Below, piece by piece: positions 1 through 17,350 of a stretch of 64,000 nt of DNA. The number at the start of each line of letters is the position of its first letter. The stretch's first letter is position 1. This DNA is from the human T2T-CHM13v2.0 reference genome, Homo sapiens: assembly GCF_009914755.1 (NCBI RefSeq), contig NC_060945.1, one strand, 5' to 3'. A program made the translations under genes and the position numbers. The notes beneath the pieces are model-generated. The model saw only the letters and a list, made by a program, of their open reading frames with translations, had not been told where the DNA came from and searched no databases.

Positions 1-148
1 CAACTAAAATGACTACTGGAACAACTGCAGCTTGAAAATATTTCCTGCGATCAAAATTTGCTCACGAGCTATGGACGTGAGTTTTGGGAAGAGATGATTC
101 TCCTTTACACAACTGCCCGGATTGAAGAGGATTTGCTAGAATTTAGTA

Positions 149-389
149 CAGTGGACCTGTGAATGACACAGGTTGGAACTGCATGGGTCCACTTATACGT
201 GGATTCTTTTCCAACCAAACGCAGACTGAAAATATAGTATTGGTGGGACGCAAAACCTGTAATGTACAGAGGGCTGACTTTTCCTAGGCGAGGGTTCCAC
301 AGGGCTCACTGCCAGACTTGAGTACGCACGGACTTTGGCGTACGCCGGGGTCCTGGAACCAATCCCTCACAGATACTGAAGGATAGCTG
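149..389. mobile_element. MER8 (Tigger-derived TcMar MITE), full length
   Basis: CAGTGGACC...ggatagCTG termini flanked by TA on both sides (147-148, 390-391). The body matches the recalled MER8 consensus (gaactgcatgggtccacttatacgtggat...cctggaaccaatccc). Confidence 0.8.
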
Positions 390-679
390 TATTTATCCCC
401 TGACACACTGCAGCTCTTCATGAATACTGGGAGTCACTATACTCACCTAAGTTCTACACACTGAGGTAATGAGGTTCCAGATTCCAAATGTGGAAGTGAA
501 CTTCCTTCTTTTCTCCTTGTGAGTGTGTGGGAGTCTGTGGGAGTGTGCATGAGGGGAGAAAAGGGAATGTCACTGAGCACCAGCATGAGCATGTCCAAGT
601 GTGACCAAGATGGGCCAAGCATTGAAAGTAGCCAGGTGGGCGAGTGGCCAAGCGCCAGAGAGGCCAATCCCAAGAGTGA

Positions 680-1063
<384 letters not shown>

Positions 1064-2525
1064 CCAGCAGACACTTCTAAGGCATCCTATTCTGAGGTCA
1101 AAAATACATTTTTAGGCTGAAAGATGAGAATAACTTCTTTGGAGAAAGCAATGAGCAGCAGGAAGTGTGGGGGGTCAGGAGTCAGGCTAAGCACTCTGAC
1201 ACCTGTTAGAAGCCTTCTCGAGAACAGAAGATTCTCGAGATTCCCAGGTGAGGGTCTTCAGCCTCATCTCACCCATTCCCCAATGTCCTGGCCGGACAAA
1301 AGCCACAGGCTGGGGGAAGAGCCATTTCTAGCAGAGCAGGCAACTGCTTCTAAGATTTAAAGTAAATGGGGGATTCCAAGACGTCTGATTCAGATGATCA
1401 GTAAAGTCACTGATGGTTTAGTCTTTCCTAAATACAGTCATAAAGATTTTAATTTCACATTATGTCAAGAGTTTTATGGAGCCAAGGATCTTTTCAGTAC
1501 GAATATGCCTATACAAACCCCACAGAAATCAGGCGGCAAAAGCAATAATCATAACTATCACCTTTTGGGTCAAAAACTTGATTAAAGCCAAATGACAACT
1601 AAAATGTATTTTATTAGCAGTAAGATGAAATCCAGAGCATATGTCAAAGCTGGACTATGAAGTCATAATTTCTCTAGATCACAGTTGGAAGCAGTAATTT
1701 TATCACTCTGTCCCTCCCTAGCCTGTAAATCCAAATATAGTTCAGACAGCAGCTCTGGGCTGCAGGGTAGTATCCTACTCACTGTGAGACTCTGGGGAGG
1801 AGCTCCACTCTCACTGGCCCAGGCAGGCCACACCCAGCCTCCCTGCTCTCCCGAGTTTATGGCCCTGGGCACCTCTCCCAATCCAGGGCAGAATCAGCTG
1901 TCACAGGAGTAAGATGCTGCCACACACCCTGGATCAGCTGTCCCCAGTAGGCATGCCATGGAGTAGTCTAATTAGCCTCTGTGAAGATGTCATGTTTTGT
2001 GAGCAATGAGGAGGACCTAGACAATTTTAGACATGAGAACATTCCTTCGGGCATGTCAGAGGTGATGCTCTTTCCATGGGCCCTTTTGTGTGTTCTTAAT
2101 ACCCACAAAGACCTGATTCCCATTTTTAAAATCAAACCAGGAGTCCCCTGGCTTAGAGTGGCCCTCTACACCCCACCACCACCCTGCCCACAACTAACAC
2201 ATCACCTTACCCAAGAATGTCATGCAAATCTGCTCATGGTCTCTCCCCACTCCTATCCCCAGTGCCACGTCCGAACCTTCATTCTTATTACGGTTTGCTT
2301 GTATTCGTAGCAGAGTCCCACAAAAGTCCCCCGAGAAAATCTCCTAGTCACTGTGACAAAACTATTCTGGAACACGGCCCCACTTACACAGCTCCATACT
2401 GGTAAGGGCCGATGTCCTTCCACAGTCACCTCTCCCACTGCAAGACAGGAGCAAGAGCTACACTTACCCTGGGGCTGCAACAGGATGATTATTTGCTTAC
2501 CAGGACAGTGAAAATCCTGAGGGAA

Positions 2526-3015
<490 letters not shown>

Positions 3016-3112
3016 TAAGTGTCAAGGCATGATCTAAGCTTCTTTCTCATGTAGTCAGAACTGGACCAAAATTGCCTGTTGAATGTCAATAAACATATAA
3101 AAACTGCACGGC

Positions 3113-3467
<355 letters not shown>

Positions 3468-4507
3468 TCAGAAAGCTATTTATAAAAGTTTTGTGAAAAC
3501 CTGAAGCATTATACAAACTATATGCTATACTGTAAAGTTTTAATAAGTGGGGATCCTTTTAAATAGAAACTTCTGCTAATAGGCAACTCGAAATCCCCAA
3601 CTACACATCATCTTTCTACTTTAGACATTTAAAAATACAGCACACAAAAAACTTCATCTTGGCCATGTCCACGTCAAGTAGGAAAAAGTCCAAACAGAAT
3701 GAAAGTGTCTGAATTATAAATCCTTGTGAAAATACTATTAATCAAGAGGGAATTAATGTTAACTTATCTAGTGGGTACTATTATCTATAACTCTTTAATA
3801 TCAAACTCACAAAATTAGCAGCAGGAATATAATTATACTTAAAAAAATTATTTTCTTAGTAAGGTTGGCCCATAGAAGAATAAGGATTAGTAAGATGCAC
3901 AGTGGTCAAACATGAAGAAATGAGTGAATTTTAGGGAAATTTGCAAGTCGGCTGCAATCATGAACATTGTATCAAGCCAAGTAATGAAAGCCACTCCTGC
4001 CTGGGTGGGCTCGGTCCAGCCCAGCCCCTGTTGATACTCTGATGCATTCTGCAGCTAACCAAGTTCTTACAGCGGAGAGGGGAAGAAATGGCAACAAAAT
4101 ACACATTGAAAACAAAATAAATATGTTTCCTGAAGCCAATATCTGAATAATCCTTAGGTAATGACCATTTATACACTTGATAAGTTTCCCAAGTTTTTCT
4201 TTCCTCTTTCTTAAGTAAAAGGGAAATCCAGGCCAATTTTTAAGCCGGATAATATTTAGAAACTATTTTTTTTAGGTCATTTCATCCCATTTTTGGTTGA
4301 CTAGTGTAACCAAGGCAGCAACTGGATTTCAAAGCAGCAGAGGAAGACATTCTGAGCTCACCTGGAGCCCAACGCTGGGACGCAGCCTCCACCCTCCCAG
4401 GAAACTAGACACTTACATTCCCTTGCCCTCTTGCCCTTCTGCCCTTCCTGCCACCAGGTAGCTGGTCACAATGGGAGTTTTCTTTCTTTCTGCAGTGGGG
4501 TGAATGA

Positions 4508-4508
<1 letters not shown>

Positions 4509-4538
<30 letters not shown>
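4509..4538. repeat. (CA)n microsatellite
   Basis: About 15 CA units seen directly. Confidence 0.95.
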
Positions 4539-4541
<3 letters not shown>

Positions 4542-4633
4542 CCACAACCAACTCCTAGTACCCACATTCTGTAAATGTTTACTTACTTGGAAAAAGGGTC
4601 TTTGCAGATAGAATAGAATTAAATTACAATCTT

Positions 4634-5032
<399 letters not shown>

Positions 5033-6771
5033 CTAAAGCCACAAGAAGCTGGAAGGGGCAAGGAACGGGGCCTCCCCTGGAGCCTCCAGAGGGAGTGTGG
5101 CCCTGCTGACACCTTGATTTCAGACTTGTGGCCTCCAGAACCGACAGAGAATTATTTTCAGCTGTTTTAAGCTGCCAGTTTGCAGGAATTTGTTACAGCA
5201 GCACCAAGAAACGTACATTCCAGATACACAGATATATTACTCTAATTTTTGGAGCAGCAAAGGAGCATCACTTAAACAGTTAACAGGGACCAACCTCCCG
5301 TCTTTAGAGCAATCTAAGCATTTGTTCTCTACAATTAGATTAAATGGGATTAAACACAGGCACTGCTTCACATATGAAATTGCTGTGCAAATACACACGG
5401 CTGAAAAATACGAGAGGTCAATGGACAGCATTAGCATGTCCACTTCATGAAAAAATGACACACTTCTCCGTGTTGGTTTAGTGGATACTGGATCCAGTCC
5501 AACGTGAATGGCTCACTTTCAGAAATGAATCTGAAACTGCTGACCATCTTCTTTGGAGTCACATGCTAGGAGGTAGCCTGGGAAGAGGCCTGACTCTGAA
5601 ATGTCTCACACACACTGTAACCACTCACTATTTTTGCAAGAACTTGCTTTTCTTTCTAGATATAAACATAAGTACGCTTTGCTCACTGATGGAGTGTAAT
5701 TCTTGAAAGAAGGGAGACGGGAGAGGTGGTAGCCCAGGGAAGAAAGGACTGAGGGAGAGCAGATAGCAGCAGATGACCTGAGAGGGGACCAGATATATGC
5801 CAGAAGGAAGAACTTCAAAGCCAACACACAAAATACAGGCAAAAGAAATTAACAGGCACATCACAGAAGACATCCCAACAGTCAAAAAGTTCTTAAGAAG
5901 ATGGTCCAGCTCACTGGCAATATCCTACACACATGTTTCTGAAAATTCCAAAATGTCTTCAGACAGAAGAACCTTCAAACCCAAATATGGATCCCTAAGA
6001 TCATTTTCCAACCCAACTACATTAACACAAGTAAAACTCCAGAGAGCCACATGATGCTGCCTGTGAACTTAAATGACAAATTCTAACGTTAACATTTATT
6101 TCGCTGGAGGCCAAGATGACGTAATAACAAAAGTGTTATGTAGCTTATAAATGGCCTACTTGTAATTTGTTAGCACAATTTTGGAAGTGCTTTCCAAGGA
6201 GCAAGAAAAACTTCAAAACATAAACAAACTAATCTTCACTATGGCTCCATCACTCATAATAAAGGTTAAGGATGTACCTTAAATAGCTCACAAACAGGAA
6301 AAGCATGTGTGGATTTCTTTGAGAAGCTTGTAACATCTTGTAACTTTACTTATCCTAGTAGAAGCTTTATTGCTAATTTTTACATAATCATAGAACTACA
6401 TGAAATAGCCATATTGCCTAACATTTATACTTGGCTTTAAAAAAATTACTATTCCTAAATACAAAAATAACCTATCATTAGAAAAGGTAGGTGAATATTT
6501 AAAAAAATTTTTTTAAAATAATAATTCAGTCTACCTTTAGTGTTGAAGTACTGCCTTCATAACTATTGATGGGGACTCCAAAAATATCCTCTATGGAAAA
6601 ATATTCAGGTATCTAAAAAAGGATTCATCTGAAGAAATTTTATAGTAATGGTTTCCTTTGAAATATTTTTGGACCTCTTATAGTGAAATCATGAGCCACA
6701 AAAATAATAAATGTCTCCCATATTTTAAAACTAAGTAGTGACATATCGTCATTATAAAGATTATAAAGTAA

Positions 6772-7135
<364 letters not shown>

Positions 7136-7769
7136 TAGATTAAATTTGTAATCTTCAGTGGAAGAAAAATCCATGAGGATTTTTGTTTTTTCAAAGAGGG
7201 GTGGGACAACAATATAAAGATGAAACTGTTTGGGGTGGGTATTTTATAGTATATAAATTATACCTCAATTAAAAAATTAAAATGACCTTAAATTTTAAAA
7301 CGACAGGGACTTAGGCGTGAAAAAACCTTTTGGAAGCATTTAGTTCTTTTCCATCTTACAGCCATAAATTAAAGGTATTTCTTAATTTGCTAAAAATATT
7401 TCAACCGAATTGGCTTATATTTAAGTTTTAATGGGTCAAATATGTTAACCAAGGATATTCTTTTGGCTTTTCGGGGAATTTGTCTGTCTTCAAACAAAAC
7501 AAACAAAACTAAACCACTGTCCGAATAGTAGAGACAATTTACAATGTGTGTCAAGATCCAGAGTTCATGAAATGCGATAATAAATAGCCCAAACCACGAG
7601 TACATTATTTATTATTACTGCTCTAAGAGTAAAATGCTATGGTCATGTGAGGTCTGTGTAAAGGATAGGACGATGGCCTCTGCCACGTGATCTAGAAGCC
7701 ACATAACGCAACTTTTGTGGAAAGCAAGAGGATTCAATCTGTGTGTGAAGATGGCAAGGGCTAGGGCTG

Positions 7770-7967
7770 CACAACGTGGTGGCTAAGAGCACGGGAGTCA
7801 AAATCCTAGGCTGGGAAACAGTATCATCTTGGGCAAAACACTATCATCTTCAGGCAGGCTTCTCATCTGTAAAATGGGGATAATGCAACGTACGATTCTT
7901 GTGAACTAATCTTGTGAAAGCAGTAGGCAAACGCCTGGCTTCACAGGCAACTAAGACGTGAGCTATG
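7770..7967 (+). mobile_element. MIR
   Basis: ggtggctaagagcac head and ttctcatctgtaaaatggggataat core. Confidence 0.75.
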
Positions 7968-8117
7968 TTCCTCAACTGGCTGGGCTCTGTTCTGCAGCCA
8001 CAGGGTAGGCCTGGCATCCCAGAAATGCTTGTCATTGATAACACGGGGACATCAAGTCAGAGAATTCGAATGTCACTCCTGAAAGTCTAATGACCCTCAG
8101 CTGTCATCCACAGCTCA

Positions 8118-9003
<886 letters not shown>

Positions 9004-9375
9004 TCAAGGCCACGAATCCAGGGTAGCCCACACCACCCTACTCTGAGGCCCTGAAAAATTCTGCAGACCTACGTCAGCCTAACCAGCAGGATGAGGGGCC
9101 CCGGGCCAGGGAGCAACATCCTCTCTCACCAATGATCTCTTTACATTTCTAAGCCTGGCATCTCTCTGTTGCTTTGCACATGTCTGAAACTGAGCAGTTC
9201 TTCCTGCCATGTCTTATCTTCTAGACTTTGGTGGCCATCTGTATGGAAGGAATCTTCAGGTAAAAGACACGCCACAGGATACTAAGCTGAAATGGGACCC
9301 AACTTCTTTTAATTAAACACATCTTGCCTCAGGCAAGTTATTTAAAAGAAATATCTGTTAAGATACTAGAAAGAA

Positions 9376-9695
9376 TGGTGGCTCACATCTGCAATCCTAA
9401 CACTTTGGAAGGCCAATGTAGGAGGATAGCTTGAGTCCAGGAGTTCAAGACCAGCCTGGGAAACATGGCAAGACCCTGTCTCCACAAAAAATAAAAAATT
9501 AGCCAGGTGTGGTGGCATGTCCCTGTAGTCCCAGCTACTTGGGAGGCTGAGGTAGGGCGATCACATGAGCCCAGGAAGTCGAGACTCCAGTGAGCCATGA
9601 TCGTGCCACAGCACTCTAGCCTGGGCGACAGAGAGAGACCCTGTCCTCCCCGCCCACCCCACCCCCGAAAAAAGAAACAAAGAAAGAAAAAGAAG
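9376..9695 (+). mobile_element. AluJ-like, slightly 5'-truncated, with a C-rich segment before the tail
   Basis: gagtccaggagttcaag and gagcccaggaagtcgag J-type features. Confidence 0.88.
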
Positions 9696-9930
9696 TATCT
9701 GTTGAGATATTAAAGATACATCTTTTAAGAAACTACAAAAGAATAATTTGTACAAAATTTAAATGAACACTAGTAATGTACAGAATTTTCTAATTAGGCA
9801 TACATCATATCCTACTAATCTTAGTGAATTCAAAGTTACTAGTGTGCGCAAAGTTATTTTAAAATATAAAGCATGCTGGAAAACAAAAGTTTCTGAAATT
9901 CTGTACATTCACTTCTAAAATGTCAAACTA

Positions 9931-10231
<301 letters not shown>

Positions 10232-10338
10232 TCAAAATGACTACTTATTTGGATCACTATGCATGAGAAATAGTTTCTTCTCAAAGTAAACACATGCTCA
10301 TATGAGAATATTTCAGTCAATAATGCTCCCTCTCTCCG

Positions 10339-10690
10339 GTGCAGCACAGGGAATGTTTAGGGCACAGAAACTATAAAATAGTGTAAAGGTGGATACGTAT
10401 CACTATACATTTGGCAACACCCATAGAACTCCGCAGCACGAGGAATGAGCCATCGTGGAACTGATGGACTTCAACAACAATTTATGAATAGAAGCTCGTC
10501 AATTGTAATAAATGTACCACACTAATGAAAGATGTTAATAATAGGGGGAAACGGAGGGGGATTCGGCGGGCGAGACAGAAGGACAGGGAGGGAGTATATG
10601 GGAACTCTATACTCTGTTCAATTTTTCTGTTAACCTTAAACTGCTCTAAGAAGTGAAGTCTATTGATTAAAATATAAATAAATAAATAAA
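10339..10690 (+). mobile_element. L1MC-type 3' end
   Basis: aaatgtaccacactaatgaaagatgttaataatagggg ... tatatgggaactctatact ... (TAAA)n tail. TSD aataatgct(c/t)cctc. Confidence 0.78.
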
Positions 10691-12144
10691 TAATGCTTCC
10701 TCCCGCCTTCTAAGATGCCCACATTTTACCTTTGATCATTTCTGCAGGAAACACCTAGTTTAGAATACACAGGCCACAGGAAAGAACAAAAGCTTTCACT
10801 ATTTTCAGGGTTTTGTGCTTGTATGTGTGAACATCTTTGTCACTCACGGTCAGTGATTTATACAGACATGATCTTAACAATTCAGTATGGAGAACGACTA
10901 TCTTTTTTTTTTTTTTGTACTTGGCTGGATACTGTCCTGTGTAAGAAAATATATTGGAAAATGTATTCAAATAAAAGCAAGAATAAGGGTCGACTTTAAT
11001 ACCGTGGGGAGAAATCCGATCGATTGGGTCCATAAGGAAAGATGTATGCATTCGGTGCTCCCTAATTACAACTGCTTTGGTGGGCAGCAGCAGTGGTGAA
11101 ACAGATGTTGGAGACCTATTAAAGACGGGGTTTCAAACATCTGCTTACAATTTTAAGGCAATTGTAAATACAGCAGAGAAGGTCAATTGGGCCAATTAAG
11201 GCCGATGTGCAAATCCACCACTGCAGGTTTCTTTTCAAGCTTACATGGACTTGATTTTTTATGCTTTCATTTTCTACAACCACAATTTTTTTTTAAACCC
11301 AGGAAATGGGTTTAATAACTTTTGTCCATTTTTGATTGTTATTCTTCTTAAATGGAAGAAAACTTTCTGTTCAAAGAAGTCACTGCACACCTTTTGCCTC
11401 ACGATGACTCATTTTCCTTCCCTCCCCTCCCATGCTCACAGCCGGCCACTCGGCCCCGATCAAAGCGGGTTCCATATTACCAGGGAGGTGAGGAATCCCG
11501 AATACTGGGCTTCCTTTCTAAGCCATAATGAACATGGGCAAGTGTCACCTTCAGAAACTTCCGTGCCGCGGCACACAACAGTGCTCCCAGCTGTACGGAT
11601 GGGACTGCTGGGAGCATTTGCTGCTTCTACCCTAGGCACCTTCACCAGCCTTTATTAGAAAATCATGAGTTTCATGAACCGTAAATACAACGGCAAACTG
11701 CACTATCCCTCTTCTAAGTAGGTAAAACTGAAATTCTCATGGTATGCAAGGCTCATTCATGTCAGAGGCAGTAGCAGGGACACGCTCCCAGTTAATTCCA
11801 GGCCAGTGCTACAAAGTCTAAGGCCCACTTGCTGCTCAAAAATTGGCCCCCAGTGGTGGAGCGGGACTTAGAGACTGAGGGTCGGCAAAGAGGCAGAGCA
11901 GTCCAGCTCAACATTACTAGGTCATTTCTCTTAAAGCTGCACGTGTAATCGTTACTTGTGCTAAGTAGGTAAAAAAAAGTCCAAGTATCACAGGCATCAA
12001 AATGGCCTCCTCTGGGAGAGTAAGAAATAAGCCTGGCCTATCTTCCTTCCTATGAGCTCTGTGATGGCCACCGGAGTATATTATGCCACCTCTTCTTGGT
12101 GGCCCAGACCACTCAACTGCTCTCTTTATATAGAGAAAAAAACC

Positions 12145-12250
12145 AAGGTTGGGCAAACCTAGATTCAAATTCTGCACTTCTTAGCTGAGTGACCTCGAAG
12201 CCTCTGTTTCCTCATCTATAAAATGGGAATATTGCCATTTCTAGAGCTCT
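12145..12250 (+). mobile_element. MIR core fragment
   Basis: agcctctgtttcctcatctataaaatggg. Confidence 0.75.
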
Positions 12251-12577
12251 AAAAGTTGATACAAAGTAGGTACTCAATAAATGTTGAGTTCCTAAAGGTG
12301 ATACACAGTAGGTACTCCATAAATGTTGGTTTCCTAAAAGTGATACATAGTAGACACTCCATAAATTTAGTTTCCTAAAGTTGATGTGTGGTGGGCACTC
12401 AGTAAATGTTGGCTTTGTAAAGTTGGTACATAGTAGGCACATAATAAATGTTGCTTCCTAAAGTTGATACCTAGCGGCAGTCAATAAATGTTGGTTTCCT
12501 AAAGAAAATACACAGTAGGCACTCAATAAATGTTGGTTTCCTAAAGTTCCTATACATTAGGCACTCAATAAATGTCG
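12250..12577 (+). repeat. Minisatellite, about 8 copies of a 41-42 bp unit (consensus close to gttgatacacagtaggcactcaataaatgttggtttcctaaa)
   Basis: Units counted directly in the sequence. Confidence 0.92.
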
Positions 12578-13949
12578 AGGTCCTCTGTCCTCCTGAGACC
12601 TTTGGGACCTCCACCAAGACATTTCCAAGGGGCCTAGACTGGTGTTTCCAACCAGGCAGGGCAGTTCCCCTGAATGTTTCTATTTGTTTATTTTCGGGGG
12701 GAGGTATATCCAGTTTTTGTGCTGTTGTTGATATTGTTGTTGTTATTATTTGCTTTGTTTTTGGCGAAACAAAGAGTGGATAATGAAACTACAAAAAAAT
12801 TCTAAAAGAAGAATCCTTGAGGCAGCAGAATGGGAAGAAATAGTTTTCAGAACAAAGAAAATTCTGAAGGAAAGTCAATATACCGCACAGAAATCTAGGT
12901 TGAGAAAGAACTGTTTTTCCCTTACATCTCCTTTTTACTTTTCAACCTTGAGGCTCAGCTCACTCAGGTCTGAGCAAGAATAAAGAGTCCTGCTTGTCTA
13001 AACAACTGCTAAATCTGAAGGCAAACAGCTCAACTCCATGTGGTTCTTCAGCAACATTCCTGTCAACAAACCCCGTCTTGGCTCGATTGGTCCAACAATA
13101 CCAGATTTAGAGCCATCCGCTCATCCTTCTTCCAGGATGCAAGGGGATTTTCAAAAGGCCATTCCAGGAACAGCTCTCACAATTTTTGTAGCCTTTTCAA
13201 AAACACAAAAAATCTAATTCATTTGCTGCACTGCTTCAGCCATCCAGCTTAAACTAATTTTAAAATCTCTCCTTTTGTAAATAGAGATGTTAGAAACGCC
13301 ACCACAGCCACAATATAAAATGATGGTATCTTTCTCTTTTGTAATCAAATTACCATCATTTATTATAAAGCTTCAGACAGAAACCTGAGAGATGGGCAAG
13401 ACGACCTGGCGTTCAGAAGAGAGAGATGGCATTTTTGACATTGAAATAAAGGCTTGGAGGGCATAAATCCTTTTTTAAAAATCAAGTATTTAGCACAGGA
13501 TTTGGTATAAACACTGATCAATAAATAAGAGCCAGCAGTCATAGCAGCACGCTAGAATCAACATCATCTGAGTTCTAGCACAGACTCGTTTCTATGAATC
13601 ATTGAAAAGGAATTTCATGGTGCCAGCAGCATCAGTACAGAAAGTCAGAATAAGCACTTAGACAGTAATACCAGCAACTTATTTACTATCCTACGTTAGA
13701 GTCAGTTTGCTGGATTTTATATAAGGTAAGTAATGGATATCTAAGGTACTGTCAATTAAAAAAAGTTCTCCAAAGTAATTTTTATTTAAAGTTGCATATG
13801 ATAAACTGTAAAACCAAAATAACATTTGGGTCAAAACTCCAAAGAGTTGGGCTATCACTAAGCTAGAAAGAGAAAAACAGCAGAAAGAGGATTTTCTTGC
13901 TGATATGCCAAAAACGTGACTCTATTTCTTTCAACAGGGTTTATTGTTT

Positions 13950-15000
<1,051 letters not shown>

Positions 15001-17350
15001 ATTGAACTAATATTGGGATGGTACTGATTTTTATTGCAATATTTGAGAAGGCAAAACAGAGTTTAAGGAAAGAAAAAAGAAATCCCAAAGGATGGGGAAA
15101 GAGGTGAGAAGGCTTCTAAAAATAACATTTGGCAGACACCGGCTCAATGCAAGTCTAATTTGCTTCTTAGTTAATGAAGGAGAAAATGGAGATGGCGAAG
15201 AAATAAAAGGTCCATTCTAGAATGGCAATAATAAAATCCCCTGTGAAGACAATAACAACATTCTTGTTATACATGGAAATCTAATCCTAAAATAATAACG
15301 CATATATTGATATAACAGCACTGTGAATAAATTCCATTTAAGCTATGTTATTTTAACAATGACCCAGAAAATGTTAAACTAAAGAAGTTTGTTACATGCC
15401 TAGTTTGGCCCACTTAGAGAGCCACAGGTTCTCAGAAACATATCTGGAAAAGGCCTTTTTGTCTGCAATCAATGCATCCATCATGGTGCACCAACTGGCT
15501 GACTACAAAGAGCTTACACATAAATATATGTGCATATACATATAGATTTTACTTGCATCAAAAGGTAAAAATAGAATTTGGTTTATTTTGTAAAGCCATT
15601 CAACGTAATCATAATCTCATTAGGATCCAGCAGAAAAGAATGACTCTGGCAGCTTTTTGCTGGGACCCTGGTACCTCCTTCTGCGGGTAGAAAAGGAGCC
15701 CCTGGGGGCATCTGGGTGGAAGGAAGGCTCGGAGGCTGGAGACTTGCTTGCCTGGATGCCAGCCAGTGTGGCAAAGATGTCCAGGGCAGCCTAGAGTTTC
15801 TGCTGGGGGCAGGGGTAGGGGTGGTCAGGGCACAGCCAAGTACCGGGCAGTATCCACCCCAGCCCCCACTGAACTGCCAGCATCCGGCTCTGCCTGTCTT
15901 TGGCTTCTGGCTTGCTTTCCTAGCCTGATTCTCTGACCTTCCCCTCAGCATTGAGAGCTCTCCAACATTCATCCTTCCAGTGCATTTCTTTTCTGCTTAA
16001 GTGGCCCAGGTCAATTTCTGTTGTTTGCAATCATGAACCTTGACTGGACAAACTCTTATTAGCTTCCGGCAGATATTAAAAGATGCATGAGCTCACTTTG
16101 ATGCAAAAGGGCCTCAGCATGGATGCACGCCTTATCTATGAGAAAGCTCCTCTGCTTCCTCTCCTGGCCTCCTTGTACTTATCTCATGGTTTATACTTGA
16201 TTTTGTTCCTTTCAACTTTCTTCTTTTCATGCCCAACTCCCCTCCCTAAAATGGGTCTGGTGGCAGAGGTGAAGGCAGAGAGCAGAGGTGAGAAGAAAAT
16301 AGGAAAGTGAGTAACTTTTGGATATTACTTTTCAGAAAACATTCTGTGTGGCAGTGGCCACTTTCCTGTCAAAGGCTTAACATTTTTTTCCTATAAATAC
16401 ATTAAAAGTGAGTCAGACTTGGATTTGCACCTTAACATTATTGCCAACACTTTAAATAACTATATGTTCTCTACAAATGTTCTCTACTAAAGAAGGGACT
16501 CGGAGAATGGAGGGAGCAAAAAGGAGAATGGGGAGGCAACTCCGGGGCAGCTCACCTGTCTGGCCCTGTGTGGGGTTTCCTCTTTAGAATTCAGCAGGCT
16601 GTAGGGAAGGTGAACACTGGGTACTAGGTAACCCCTGACCTGGTCAGGGAGTCCGAGAAAATCGGAGAGACTGCTCTCTATCCTGCACCCCCAAGCCCCA
16701 AGCTCCACAGGCTTGCAGGGTTGTCTTGGGAAGCCCCTCCCAGAGGCCAGCCCCAATTCAGCAGGGTGACGGGGCATGGACCACACACGCATGCCTGTCC
16801 TTAGCGCCTTGAGTCCGGAGACCCCTGTTCCTCCCAGTTCCCTTCCTTGTGGAATGGCGAAGGGAGAGGTGTCCCCAGGGAGGGTTTTGGACCGTAGCCA
16901 CCTCTTAAGATTCTGGGGTCGGGGGACAAGTCCTGAGTCCAAGGGAATAGCAGGGTGACACTGGTCAACAGGTATGTGAGTCCTGGTTGAATTCTTGCCC
17001 TCAAATGTTCATGCTACATTTTCTGTGTCCCTTCCACCCTCAATCTACAGCGAGGAGCTCCCCTATCCTGGGCCAGTCGGGGTCTACAAGCCAGCCAGGG
17101 AAGCAAAGGGAGAGAGGGAGAGGCCTTCGAGGACACTACCCCTGCTGGAGGGGTGAGGCGAGGATATGCCATTGTTGAGGGGCTGTAGCCTACGGCCACA
17201 GGTGATGGGCAGGGTGGGTTAGGAACTGTGTACTCCAAAACTGGTTGTGGTTTCTCTCAGCAAAAGCTTTTTGTACCTCCCCTCCCTCCATGGAAAAACA
17301 AAAAGGTTATGAGAGAGAAAGATATTAGGTTAAGAGCCTTCTACATTTCA

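Noticed and set aside
441-452. Strong minus-strand donor-like site TTAG|GTGAGT (similar sites near 2462 and 19545)
   Set aside because: I could not pair it with a convincing acceptor at exon-like distance. Such sites are frequent by chance in 60 kb.
11845-11860. CTCF-like ggcccccagtggtgg
   Set aside because: It is a single copy with mismatches at core positions, too weak to report.
12250-12577. CRISPR-like array
   Set aside because: Units are head-to-tail with no unique spacers, derive from the MIR/L2 tail, and no cas genes are present.
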